A DNA stretch of 64,000 nt from positions 768,001-832,000 of the forward strand of contig CAVZMH010000016.1 of NCBI GenBank assembly GCA_963776345.1. Reading direction: 5' to 3'. The notes below the pieces were generated by a model. That model was not told the origin of the DNA and ran no database searches. It saw only the letters and a program-made list of their open reading frames with translations. Numbering within the stretch: position 1 is the first letter of the stretch; each line of letters starts with the position of its first letter. The DNA is from an uncultured delta proteobacterium. Lineage in GTDB: Bacteria > Myxococcota > Myxococcia > Myxococcales > Myxococcaceae. This document shows positions 18,593 through 29,728 of this stretch, one piece after another. The translations under genes and the position numbers were made by a program.

Positions 18593-20314
18593 ATGGATCC
18601 CCTGAGCATCGCCCGGGCACTTCGCGAGGTGTCGCAGTACCTCCAGCTGAAGGGCGACGATTTCTACAAGTCACGCGCCTACGACCTCGGCGCCGACCGG
18701 ATGGCCGGCTTCGGCGGCGACCTGGGGGCGCTCGTCCGCGAGGGCCGCCTCACCGAGCTGCCCAACATCGGGCCGGCTCTGGCCGAGAAGATCTCCGAGC
18801 TCCACCGGAGCGGGAGCCTCACCCTGCTCGAGCAGCTCCGGGCGGAGTTCCCGCCGGGGATCCTCGAGCTGCTCCGGCTCCCGGACCTCGGGGCGAAGAA
18901 GGCCGCCGCGCTTCACCGCTCGCTGGGCATCGGCAGCATCGACCAGCTCGAGCAGGCCTGCCTGGCCGGCCGCATCCGGGGGCTGAAGGGCTTCGGGGAG
19001 CGGAGCGAGCAGAAGCTCCTCGCCGGCATCGCCCAGTACCGCACCGCCCACGCCCGCCGCCGGCTCGGCGACGTCCTCCCGCTCGCCCGGGGGCTGCTGG
19101 CCCAGGTGCGCGCCGCCCCGGGGGTCGTCCGGGCCGAGGTCGCCGGCAGCGTCCGGCGGTGGTGTGAGCTGGTCTCCGACGTGGACCTGGTCGCCTCGGC
19201 CCGCGAGGCCGGGCCGGTGCTCGCGGTCCTGGCCCGGCAGGCCGGCGTCCTCGAGGTGCTCGGGCAGGGCGAGAGCAAGTGCTCGGTCCGGATGGAGGAC
19301 GGGCTTCAGGTCGACCTGCGCGTGCTCCCGGACGAGGACTACGCCACCGCCCTCCACCACTTCACGGGGTCGAAGTCCCACCATCTCCGCCTGCGCGGAC
19401 GGGCGCGCGACCTCGGCCTCACCATCAGCGAGTGGGGCGTGTTCCGGGGCGAGGAGAAGCTCCCGGTGCCGGAGGAGGAGGCGCTGTACGCCCTGCTGGG
19501 CATGTCCTACGTCCCCCCGGAGCTCCGGGAGGACGTGGGCGAGTTCGAGGCCGCGCTCGCCGGCGCCCTTCCGGCCGACCTCCTCCAGCCATCCGCGGTC
19601 CAGGGGGTGGTGCACACCCACAGCACCTGGAGCGACGGCAGGTCCAGCCTCGAGGAGATGGCCCGCGCCGCCGCGGCCATGGGGCTCCGCTACCTCACCG
19701 TGACCGAACACAGCGCCGCGGCGGCTTACGCCGGTGGGCTCGACGAGGCGCGGGTGCGATTGCAGTGGGAGGAGATCGCCCGGGTCCAGGAGGCCGTCCC
19801 CGGGGTGCGCCTCCTCAGGGGGCTCGAGGTGGACATCCTCGAGGACGGCGCGCTGGACCTCCCCGACCGCCTCCTCGCCCAGCTGGACCTGGTCATCGCC
19901 TCGGTCCACATCCGCCACGGTCAGGACGAGGCGGCGATGACCGCACGGGTCCTGCGGGCACTCGACCACCCCTGCACCGACGTGCTCGGACATCCCACCG
20001 GGCGGTTGCTCCAGAAGCGGGAGCCGTCGCCGGTGAACATGGCCGCGGTGGTGGAGCGGGCGGCCCGCCGCGGCGTCCTGCTGGAGGTCAACGGGAACCC
20101 CGACCGCATGGACCTGTCGGCGGAGCACGTGCGGCTCGCGCTGCAGGCCGGCGCCCGCCTGGTGGTCTCGGCCGACGCCCACAGCACCCTCGCCCTCCAC
20201 AACGTGGCATTTGCCATCCACACCGCCCGAAAGGGCGGAGCCCGGACGGCCGACGTCCTGAACACCCGCGGGCCCGACGAGTTCCTGGCGGAGATCCGGC
20301 GGCGCCGCGCCTGA
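18593..20314 (+). CDS. polX: DNA polymerase X with PHP 3'-5' exonuclease domain
   Basis: HhH motifs, GSVRR...DVD, QVDLR, HFTGSK; PHP motifs HTHS, TEHS, HPTGR, DAH. Confidence 0.95.
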   Translation: MDPLSIARALREVSQYLQLKGDDFYKSRAYDLGADRMAGFGGDLGALVREGRLTELPNIGPALAEKISELHRSGSLTLLEQLRAEFPPGILELLRLPDLGAKKAAALHRSLGIGSIDQLEQACLAGRIRGLKGFGERSEQKLLAGIAQYRTAHARRRLGDVLPLARGLLAQVRAAPGVVRAEVAGSVRRWCELVSDVDLVASAREAGPVLAVLARQAGVLEVLGQGESKCSVRMEDGLQVDLRVLPDEDYATALHHFTGSKSHHLRLRGRARDLGLTISEWGVFRGEEKLPVPEEEALYALLGMSYVPPELREDVGEFEAALAGALPADLLQPSAVQGVVHTHSTWSDGRSSLEEMARAAAAMGLRYLTVTEHSAAAAYAGGLDEARVRLQWEEIARVQEAVPGVRLLRGLEVDILEDGALDLPDRLLAQLDLVIASVHIRHGQDEAAMTARVLRALDHPCTDVLGHPTGRLLQKREPSPVNMAAVVERAARRGVLLEVNGNPDRMDLSAEHVRLALQAGARLVVSADAHSTLALHNVAFAIHTARKGGARTADVLNTRGPDEFLAEIRRRRA

Positions 20315-20423
20315 GCCTGATCGACGCCGGCGCGCGATGCGCCGGCTCCGCGGGCGTCCCCCTGGTGCGGGGGACCGAGCCTGATCGACGCCGGCGCACC
20401 ACGCGCCGGCTCCGCAGGCGTCC
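20313..20423. repeat. Two 47-nt direct repeats (period 64 nt), each with an 8-bp GC hairpin; REP-like
   Basis: gagcctgatcgacGCCGGCGC-N5-GCGCCGGCtccgc(g/a)ggcgtcc at 20313 and 20377. Confidence 0.8.
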
Positions 20424-20495
20424 GCCTGGGTACGGAAGCCCGAGGCGATGCTTTGCACGTGTCATCGGGGCGTGGGACATTTTCCTCCTCCCCCG

Positions 20496-22321
<1,826 letters not shown>

Positions 22322-22325
<4 letters not shown>

Positions 22326-22822
22326 AGAGCTTCCTCCTCTCCACGCTCCTCCCGGAGCTGGACCTCCGCGACGAGACGGCCTTCGCTCGGGCGCACCCGC
22401 ACCCGTGGCTCCTCCGCGAGCCGACCGCGTGGCATCCCACGAACCCGGACGGCGTCCACACGCTCCTGATGCCCGCCACGGTGGCCGCGCCTCTCGAGGG
22501 CTCGGCCCTGGCCATCGCGCTCGAGCCGGTGGTGCGCGACGCCCCGCAGATCACCCTCGGCCGGAGCCCCTCCTGTGACCTGGTGGTCGAGGAGGGCACC
22601 GTCAGCCAGATCCACCTCGTCTTCCGGCAGGCCGAGGACGGGTGGACCGTGGAGGACCCCGGCTCCACCAACGGCTCATGGCTGGACGGCGTTCGCCTGG
22701 AGAAGGCGGTGCGCCACCGGCTCGCCGACGGCGCGCGGCTGCAGACCGCGCAGGTGCTCTTCACCTTCTCCTCGTCGGCGGGGGTGTGGCGGCGGCTGGA
22801 AGCCGAGGCGCTCCGGCATTGA
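22322..22822 (+). CDS. FHA domain protein
   Basis: LGRS, VSQIH, GSTNGSW; ATGA overlap with the kinase stop. Confidence 0.9.
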
Positions 22823-23394
22823 GCCCTCCGCTGGTCGCCGTGCTGACGGCGCTCGCGCTCGGCGAGGCGGCCGGGCCCCCTCCCCCGACCTCGAGCGCGC
22901 TCCGCCGCGCGGCCGAGGCGGGCGGCCGGGCGTGGGTCCGCGTCCTGGGCAGCGCCAGCGCGGCCGGCGTGCTGGTGGGAGCGGAGGGCCAGGTCCTCAC
23001 CCTGGAAGGGGTGGTGCACGGCACGGCGGCCCTGGTGGATCTGGGCGAGGCGCGGCGCACCGCGCGCGTCGTCGAGCGGCTTCCCTCGCTCGGGCTGGTG
23101 CTGCTGGCCATCGACGGGGACGGCCCCTTCCCGGCCCCCGCGGCGCGGTTCGAGCCGCTCGCAGGCGGCGAGTGGGTGGTGGGCATCGGCGAGGGCGGGA
23201 AGTCGCCGCTCCTGGGGCGGGTGACCAGGGGGCAGAGCGGGCCCTGGTTCGAGGTGTCGATGCGCTTGCCCCCGGGGAGCCCGGTGCTGGACGCCCAGGC
23301 TCGGCTGGTCGGCGTGGTCACCCTGCCGCGGCGCGGGTCCTCGCGGGTCGCGGCGCTCTCCTCGGTCCGGGCCCAGCTGGGGCGGGCGCCGTGA
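22819..23394 (+). CDS. Secreted trypsin-like protein lacking the catalytic triad
   Basis: AGVLVGAEGQVLT, LVLLAI, GEWVVGIG and PGSPVLDAQARLVGVV follow the HtrA-type fold. Signal peptide present; TTG start overlaps the FHA stop. Confidence 0.7.
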   Translation: MSPPLVAVLTALALGEAAGPPPPTSSALRRAAEAGGRAWVRVLGSASAAGVLVGAEGQVLTLEGVVHGTAALVDLGEARRTARVVERLPSLGLVLLAIDGDGPFPAPAARFEPLAGGEWVVGIGEGGKSPLLGRVTRGQSGPWFEVSMRLPPGSPVLDAQARLVGVVTLPRRGSSRVAALSSVRAQLGRAP

Positions 23395-24086
23395 GCCCAC
23401 GGGGCGTGCTGCGGCAGGCGCTCGGGCTCTGGGCGGTGGCCTTCATCGCCATCGTGCTGGTGTCGCTGCTCGCGCCGCCCCCCTGGGCGAAGGTGACGGC
23501 GGTGGTGGCCTTCCTCTACCTCCCGCTCGCGGCCATGCGCGGGACGAACGAGGACGCGCGGGACTACGGGGTCACGCTCGTCCACTGGCGGACCGACGTC
23601 CTGCTCGCGCTCGGGCTCCTCGCCGTGGTCGCGCCGCTGTTCCTGCTCGGCTACGAGGCCTGGTTCGCGCACCTCGTCGGGCAGGCGCGCGCCGGGCCGC
23701 CGCCGGGCCTCGCCCTCCACCCGCGGATGCCCGTCGGTTACGGGTGGAGCAACGTGGTCGACGAGCTCTTCGTCACCGCGCTGCCCGAGGAGTTCTTCTA
23801 CCGGGGCTGGCTCCAGGCGCGGCTCAAGCGGGTCTGGCCCGGCGGGGCGCGCATCGCCGGGGTGGTGGTGGGCCCGGCGTTCCTCCTCACGGCGGCGCTC
23901 TTCGCCCTGGGGCACCTGGCCATCTTCCAGGCCTCGCGGCTGGCGGTGTTCTTCCCCGCGCTGCTCTTCGGCTGGCTCCGCGAGCGGACCGGCACCGTCC
24001 TCGGGAGCACCCTGTTCCACGCCGCGTGCAACATCCTCGCGAAGGCGGTGAGCGCGTCGGTGAGCCCGCTCTGGGACGCCCGCTAG
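23391..24086 (+). CDS. CPBP (Abi/CAAX) glutamic intramembrane protease, myxosortase-like
   Basis: PEEFFYRGWLQ, FALGH, HAACN; multiple transmembrane helices. Confidence 0.88.
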   Translation: MSPRGVLRQALGLWAVAFIAIVLVSLLAPPPWAKVTAVVAFLYLPLAAMRGTNEDARDYGVTLVHWRTDVLLALGLLAVVAPLFLLGYEAWFAHLVGQARAGPPPGLALHPRMPVGYGWSNVVDELFVTALPEEFFYRGWLQARLKRVWPGGARIAGVVVGPAFLLTAALFALGHLAIFQASRLAVFFPALLFGWLRERTGTVLGSTLFHAACNILAKAVSASVSPLWDAR

Positions 24087-24907
24087 AGCAGCTCGGGCTC
24101 GAGGCTCGGCCCGACGCCCAGCGCTCCGCCGTCCGGGATGGGGAGCCAGTGCGCCCCGGGCCCCAGGGGCACCGAGGTGACGGCGACGGCGCGGGAGCGG
24201 AGGTGCGCCCGGACGAGCGCCCGCGACTTCGAGTGCTCGTCGAGCCTGCACCGGCGGCAGCGGCCCTCGCCCTCGAGCAGGCGCATCTGGGCCGGGAGGT
24301 CCCCGGTGCGCGCGGCGAGGAGCATGCGGCCGTCGGTCGCCAGGAGCAGAAGGCGCGCGGCGCGGACGGCGCCCTCGGTCGCCGAGCGCTGGGCGAGCAC
24401 CCGGGCGACCTGTCCGAGCATCCGGGCGCCGTCGCGGGCAGCGAGCGGCCGGTTCTGGTCGAGCGGGGGCAAGGCGCCGAGGAAGAGCGCGAAGCTCGCC
24501 GCGGCCACGGTGCGGCTCCCCACCGCCCGGAGCAGATGCGGCGGCAGCTCCGCGTCGAGCCACGCCTGGACCCGGGGGAAGGCCTCGAGGTCTCCCTCGC
24601 AGGAGAAGAGCCAGGCGCCGTGCCGGAGCGGCTGGACGTCCTCCTCGAGCGAAGCGCCCGGGCCGAGCGCCTGGGCCCGGTACAGGAGCGCCGAGGCGGG
24701 CGCGGCGAGCTCCGGGTCGACGAGGGAACGCGGCGCGACGCGGGCCGCCCAGCGGCGGAGGAGGGGCTCGCCGGCCGAGACCGTCCCGAGGCCCACCAGG
24801 GTGGTCGAGTGTGTGCTGATTCCCAGCTGGACCTGAGCGTCGAGCCGGAGCAGCTGGCACCCGAGGAGGTCCGGGTGCGAGGTGAGAATACCGAAGCTTC
24901 CGCCCAT
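24083..24907 (-). CDS. Class II glutamine amidotransferase-like (EgtC/YafJ) protein lacking the Cys1 nucleophile
   Basis: EEDVQPLRHGAWLFSCEG, LLLATDGRMLLAAR, AVAVTSVP, W..IPDG; the protein begins MGGSF. Confidence 0.7.
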   Translation of the reverse strand: MGGSFGILTSHPDLLGCQLLRLDAQVQLGISTHSTTLVGLGTVSAGEPLLRRWAARVAPRSLVDPELAAPASALLYRAQALGPGASLEEDVQPLRHGAWLFSCEGDLEAFPRVQAWLDAELPPHLLRAVGSRTVAAASFALFLGALPPLDQNRPLAARDGARMLGQVARVLAQRSATEGAVRAARLLLLATDGRMLLAARTGDLPAQMRLLEGEGRCRRCRLDEHSKSRALVRAHLRSRAVAVTSVPLGPGAHWLPIPDGGALGVGPSLEPELL

Positions 24908-25039
24908 CTGGTTCCGTGCTCCTCCGCCCAAGAAGGTAACATCTGAGGCCGCCGCGAGCCGGGGGGCGACGGGAATTTTCCCCCCGTGCGCCCGCATCCC
25001 GGCACCCTGGTGACATCGGGCTGGCCCTGGAGGATGTGC

Positions 25040-26689
25040 ATGGCGGACGACATCGCGATCGGCATCGACCTCGGGACGTCGTACTCCTGCGTGTCGATCG
25101 TCGAAAACGGTGAGCCGGTGGTCCTCCCCAACGAGTGGGGCGAGGTGAACCACGCCTCGGTGGTCTCGTTCCTCGAGGACGGGACGGTGCTGGTGGGAAA
25201 CACCGCCAAGCGCAACATCATCACCCGCGCCGAGACCACCGTGTACTCGGCCAAGCGGTTGATCGGCCGCTACTACTTCTCCGACGAGGTGAAGAAGGCG
25301 ATGGCGGTGATGCCGTACCGCATCGTCGAGGGCGAGAACAACTCGGTGCGGATCCAGGTCCGCGACGAGCTCTACTCGCTCCCCGAGATCTCCGCGCTGG
25401 TGCTCAAGGAGATGAAGGCCATCGCCGAGCAGTACCTCGGCCGACCGGTGAGCAAGGCGGTGATCACCGTCCCCGCCTACTTCAACGACAACCAGCGCCA
25501 GGCGACCAAGGACGCGGGCCGCATCGCCGGCCTGAGCGTGCTCCGCATCCTGAACGAGCCCACGGCGGCGGCGCTGGCCTACGGCTTCGGGCGCGACGTC
25601 AACCAGCGGGTGGTGATCTACGACCTGGGCGGCGGCACGTTCGACGTGTCGATCCTGGAGATCGGCAAGGACGTCTTCGAGGTGCTCTCCACCGCCGGCG
25701 ACACCTACCTCGGCGGCGACGACTTCGACGACCGGATCATGACCTGGCTCGCGGACGACTTCCTCGCCCGCACCCGGCTCGATCTCCGGCAGAGCAAGTA
25801 CTGCCTCCAGATGCTCAAGGAGGCGGCGGAGCAGGCGAAGATCGACGTGGGCCAGAAGGGCACCGCCGACGTCCATTGCCAGAACATCTGCCAGGACGCG
25901 ACCGGGCAGGTGATGGACCTCCGGGCCACCCTCACCGCCGACCAGTTCAACCGGATGGTGATGGACCTGGTCCAGCGCACGTTCAAGGTCTGCGACGAGG
26001 CGCTGCAGAGCGCCCGGCTCACCGCGGCCGACGTGGACGCGGTCATCCTGGTCGGCGGCCCCACCCGGCTGCCCATCGTCCAGAACTCGGTGAAGCACTA
26101 CTTCCAGCGGGAGCCGCTGGAGGGCATCAACCCCGACCAGGTGGTGGCGATGGGCGCGGCGCTCCAGGCCCACGCCCTGATGGACGCCAAGACCGAGACC
26201 TTCCTGGTCGACGTCACCCCGCTCACCCTCCGCATCGGCACGGTGGGCGGCTTCACCGAGCGGATCATCGAGAAGAACACCCCCGTGCCGATCGACCGGT
26301 CCAAGACCTTCACCACCAGCCGCGACGGGCAGGAGCGGGTGAAGATCCGCGTGTACCAGGGCGAGTCCAACCGGGCGGACGAGTGCGAGATGCTCGGCGA
26401 GTTCGAGTTCGCCGGCTTCCGGGTGGGCTACCGGGGCGAGGTGAAAATCGAGGTCACCTTCGAGATCAACACCGACGGCATCGTCAACGTCTCGGCCGCC
26501 GACATGGAGACCGGGCAGAAGACGTCGACCACCATCTCCCTCTCCTCCGGCCTGAGCGAGGCCGACATCCAGCGGTCCATCCAGCTGAACCGGCAGACAC
26601 GACTCGCCCGGGGTGCGATGGTGCACTCCGTCCCGCCCGGCACCTCTCGTGACGTCCTGCCCGAGCTGCCGAGCGCCGTGGAGGGATGA
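25040..26689 (+). CDS. Hsp70 family protein (DnaK paralog lacking the helical lid)
   Basis: [44 protein letters not shown]; 549 aa. Confidence 0.95.
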   Translation: MADDIAIGIDLGTSYSCVSIVENGEPVVLPNEWGEVNHASVVSFLEDGTVLVGNTAKRNIITRAETTVYSAKRLIGRYYFSDEVKKAMAVMPYRIVEGENNSVRIQVRDELYSLPEISALVLKEMKAIAEQYLGRPVSKAVITVPAYFNDNQRQATKDAGRIAGLSVLRILNEPTAAALAYGFGRDVNQRVVIYDLGGGTFDVSILEIGKDVFEVLSTAGDTYLGGDDFDDRIMTWLADDFLARTRLDLRQSKYCLQMLKEAAEQAKIDVGQKGTADVHCQNICQDATGQVMDLRATLTADQFNRMVMDLVQRTFKVCDEALQSARLTAADVDAVILVGGPTRLPIVQNSVKHYFQREPLEGINPDQVVAMGAALQAHALMDAKTETFLVDVTPLTLRIGTVGGFTERIIEKNTPVPIDRSKTFTTSRDGQERVKIRVYQGESNRADECEMLGEFEFAGFRVGYRGEVKIEVTFEINTDGIVNVSAADMETGQKTSTTISLSSGLSEADIQRSIQLNRQTRLARGAMVHSVPPGTSRDVLPELPSAVEG

Positions 26690-28308
26690 GCGCAGCCGTG
26701 AGCGACGCGCCCGACAAGCCGGGCTCCGCGTCACCGGTTCCCCCGGCCGGGCCGGTGCGCCCCACCATCACCCAGCCACTCGCGCCAGTGGAGCCGGAGG
26801 CGGCCGACCCGGACGCGTTCGAGACCACCGGGTCCTTCAGCACCGGCGCCGCGGGGGTCCCGGTCATCGACGCGCCGTTCCCGCCCGCGCCTCGCCCGGC
26901 CGCGACCGGGGGGACGCCGGCCGGCGCCGCGCCCCGCCCGCCCGGAGCGCCCGCTCCCGGCGCTCCGGAGCCCCGTCCCGGCGGCACGCCGGGCGCCGGG
27001 ACGCGCTCGCCCCCGGCCGGGAGCGCCCCGGCCCGCGCGGCCACCGGCTCGGCGGTTCCCACCGCCCCGCAGGGGACGCCCGCCGCGACGAGGGCTCCCG
27101 CCCCGCCTCGCCCGCCCGCCACCGGGGCGACGCCTACCGGCGCCGCGCCCCGCCCACCCGGAGCGCCCGCTCCCGGCGCTCCGGCGCCTCGTCCGGGCAG
27201 CCCGCCGGGCGCAGGAACACGCTCGACCCCAGCCGGGAGCGCGCCGGCCCGCACGGCCACCGGCTCGGCGATTCCTGCCGCACCGCCGGCCCCGTCCCGC
27301 CCTGCCGCCGCGGCTCCTCCGGGCGCGCCGCCACGCCTGCCCACCCGTGAGGTGCCAGCTCCTCCGATGGGCACCCCGACCCAGGAGCTCCTCACCGAGC
27401 AGGCTCGCGCCGCGGGGCTCCCGCCCCAGCCCGGCGTCCTGCCGGCGAAGGTCTTCCGTCCTGCCGCGCCCGGAGCCACGAGCGCGCCGCTGCCCTCGCT
27501 CGGGGTGCGCATCGCCCCGGTCATCCCCCCGCTCGCGCCCGTGCCACCGGCAGCCCCGCGACCCGGGCCGCCGGCGAGCGCGCCGCGCATCCCGCACCGG
27601 CCCACCCGCAACCCGATGAGCGAGACCAGCCTCGGCATCCCGGTGATGCCCCCGCCGCCGCTCCAGGCGGGGCCGCTCCCTTCGCTCGACGTGCGCATCG
27701 CCCCCCTCGTGCCGCCGGTGGCGCCGGTGTCTGCCGCGGCCGCTCCCCCGGCGGGCCCCGAGGCACAGGTGGCGTGGAAGGCCGAGCGGCTGGACACGCT
27801 CGACTACTTCGAGCTCCTGGGCGTGGACACCACCGCCAGCGCGAGCGAGGTGAAGCGCGCCTTCTACGGCGAGAGCCGGGCCTACCACCCCGACCGCTTC
27901 TTCCACCTCACGGACGAGGCGTTCAAGGCGCGCGTCCACGAGGTCTACAAGCGGGTCACCGAGGCCTACTACGTGCTCCGCGACGACGTCCGCCGCCCCA
28001 AGTACCTGGCCGACGTGACCGGGCCGGACCGCGCCCGGAAGCTGCGCTTCGACGAGCTGGCCGAGCAGGAGACCAAGGCGGCGGTGAAGCAGCAGGCCGC
28101 CGAGCAGATCGGCCTCCACCCCAAGGCCCGCCAGCTCTTCCAGACGGCGATGACCGAAGTCGAGCAGGGCAACCTCGCCGCCGCCGAGCGCGGGCTGAAG
28201 ATGGCCCTCACCTACGAGCCGCAGAACGCGCTCTACAAGGAGAAGCTCGCCGCGGTGCAGGACCAGCTCTACGAGGCGTCCCGGGGCAAGCAGTTCAAGA
28301 TCACATGA
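26686..28308 (+). CDS. J-domain protein with long Pro/Ala-rich N-terminus and C-terminal TPR-like helix
   Basis: DYFELLGV...EVKRAF...YHPDRF; ATGA overlap with the Hsp70 stop. Confidence 0.9.
   Translation: MSAAVSDAPDKPGSASPVPPAGPVRPTITQPLAPVEPEAADPDAFETTGSFSTGAAGVPVIDAPFPPAPRPAATGGTPAGAAPRPPGAPAPGAPEPRPGGTPGAGTRSPPAGSAPARAATGSAVPTAPQGTPAATRAPAPPRPPATGATPTGAAPRPPGAPAPGAPAPRPGSPPGAGTRSTPAGSAPARTATGSAIPAAPPAPSRPAAAAPPGAPPRLPTREVPAPPMGTPTQELLTEQARAAGLPPQPGVLPAKVFRPAAPGATSAPLPSLGVRIAPVIPPLAPVPPAAPRPGPPASAPRIPHRPTRNPMSETSLGIPVMPPPPLQAGPLPSLDVRIAPLVPPVAPVSAAAAPPAGPEAQVAWKAERLDTLDYFELLGVDTTASASEVKRAFYGESRAYHPDRFFHLTDEAFKARVHEVYKRVTEAYYVLRDDVRRPKYLADVTGPDRARKLRFDELAEQETKAAVKQQAAEQIGLHPKARQLFQTAMTEVEQGNLAAAERGLKMALTYEPQNALYKEKLAAVQDQLYEASRGKQFKIT
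26884..27290 (+). repeat. Intragenic tandem duplication, 216-nt (72-aa) period
   Basis: [22 protein letters not shown]... (26902) versus [22 protein letters not shown]... (27118). Confidence 0.8.
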
Positions 28309-29105
28309 CCGTCGACCTGGTGGTGCTCGCCCTGGTGGCGGTGGGGGCGGTGTTCGGCGCCCGCGCCGGCGCCGCCCGGCAGATCGCCAGCTGGGGCGCG
28401 CTGGTGCTGGGCGCGCTCGCCGCCCGCCCCGGAGGCGCCCTGCTCGGGCCGGCCTTCGGGAGGTTCTTCCACACCTCCGAGAGCCTCGGGGGGGTGGCGG
28501 CGAGCTTCGCCACCTTCATCGTCGTCGCGGTGGTGGTGCGCCTCGCCGGAACGCGCCTGCTCCAGGGCGTCCTGGGCGGGTCCGACCCCGCGGAGCGAGG
28601 CACGGACCGCGCGCTGGGCGCGCTCCTCGGGGCGGGGAAGGTCGCCGCGGTGGCGTGGGTGGCGCTGTCGGCGCTCGCCTTCGTGGAGGCCAACGTGCAG
28701 CTCGCCGGGAAGGGCCTGGGCATCTCGCCGAAGGACTCGACCGCCTTCGCCATCGCCCGGCGGTGGAACCTGTTCTCGGCGCCGTTCTTCTCCAAGGCGG
28801 CGGACCTCGCGACCGCCCAGAAGGTCTTCCGCTCCCCGGAGCTCTTCGAGCGCGTGGCGCAGAACCCGGCGGTCACCGCCCTGGAGAAGAACCCCCGCTT
28901 TCGCGCCGTCGTCTCCGACCCCGAGGTGAAGGAGGCGCTGGAGCGGGGGGACACCATGTCCCTCCTCAAGAGCGCCTCGGTCCACAAGCTGCTCCAGGAC
29001 CCTGAGGCGCTGGCCCACCTGGCCAGCCTCCGGGAGGTGGTGGAGAAGCTCCCGGACCGGGGTGCTCCGAATGCAGTTGCTCCCCGCCCCGCACGGGTTA
29101 AGTGA
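28305..29105 (+). CDS. cvpA: CvpA family membrane protein
   Basis: DLVVL...GARAGAARQI, DRALGALLG; transmembrane helices. Confidence 0.8.
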   Translation: MTVDLVVLALVAVGAVFGARAGAARQIASWGALVLGALAARPGGALLGPAFGRFFHTSESLGGVAASFATFIVVAVVVRLAGTRLLQGVLGGSDPAERGTDRALGALLGAGKVAAVAWVALSALAFVEANVQLAGKGLGISPKDSTAFAIARRWNLFSAPFFSKAADLATAQKVFRSPELFERVAQNPAVTALEKNPRFRAVVSDPEVKEALERGDTMSLLKSASVHKLLQDPEALAHLASLREVVEKLPDRGAPNAVAPRPARVK

Positions 29106-29111
29106 GCGCCC

Positions 29112-29579
29112 ATGGCGATGCCCGACGTCGGCGACAAGGCCCCCGCGTTCAGTCTCGAGGACCAGTCCGGGAAGACGGTCAAGCTCTCCGACTTCAAGGG
29201 CCGGAAGGTGGTCCTCTACTTCTACCCGAAGGACGACACCCCGGGTTGCACCCGGGAGGCCTGCGCCTTCCGCGACGAGCACTCGGCGCTCCAGAAGGCG
29301 GGCGCGGTGGTCCTGGGCATCAGCCCCGACTCGGGAGCGAGTCACGCGAAGTTCGCCGGGAAGTACAAGCTTCCCTTCCCGCTCCTCGCCGACACCGACC
29401 ACGCCGTGGCGGAGAAGTACGGAGCGTGGGGCGAGAAGTCGATGTACGGGCGGAAGTTCATGGGCATCACCCGCTCCACGTTCCTGGTGGATGGGTCGGG
29501 CAAGGTCGCCCGGGTGTGGCCCAAGGTGAAGGTCGACGGGCACGCGGACCAGGTGCTCGAGGCGGTCCGGGAGAGCTGA
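29112..29579 (+). CDS. bcp: Peroxiredoxin Bcp
   Basis: [20 protein letters not shown]. Confidence 0.95.
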   Translation: MAMPDVGDKAPAFSLEDQSGKTVKLSDFKGRKVVLYFYPKDDTPGCTREACAFRDEHSALQKAGAVVLGISPDSGASHAKFAGKYKLPFPLLADTDHAVAEKYGAWGEKSMYGRKFMGITRSTFLVDGSGKVARVWPKVKVDGHADQVLEAVRES

Positions 29580-29652
29580 GGCCCCCGACGCTATCGGCCC
29601 GGCCGCCCGGCCCGGTCACCTCCCCGTCCGGGCGGCGCCGCGGTGCGGAGTG

Positions 29653-29680
29653 TTGACGGACCCTCGTGTTTCTCTATCCT
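29653..29680 (+). promoter_or_regulatory. Putative sigma70 promoter of speA
   Basis: TTGACG-N16-TATCCT, about 50 nt upstream of the ATG. Confidence 0.5.
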
Positions 29681-29728
29681 GCACGGCCACCTGCAAGACG
29701 CCGGCCGCCCGGAGGTCCTGACCTCAAG

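Noticed and set aside
20313..20423. Possible CRISPR array
   Set aside because: Only two 47-nt repeats with a 17-nt spacer, and no cas genes.
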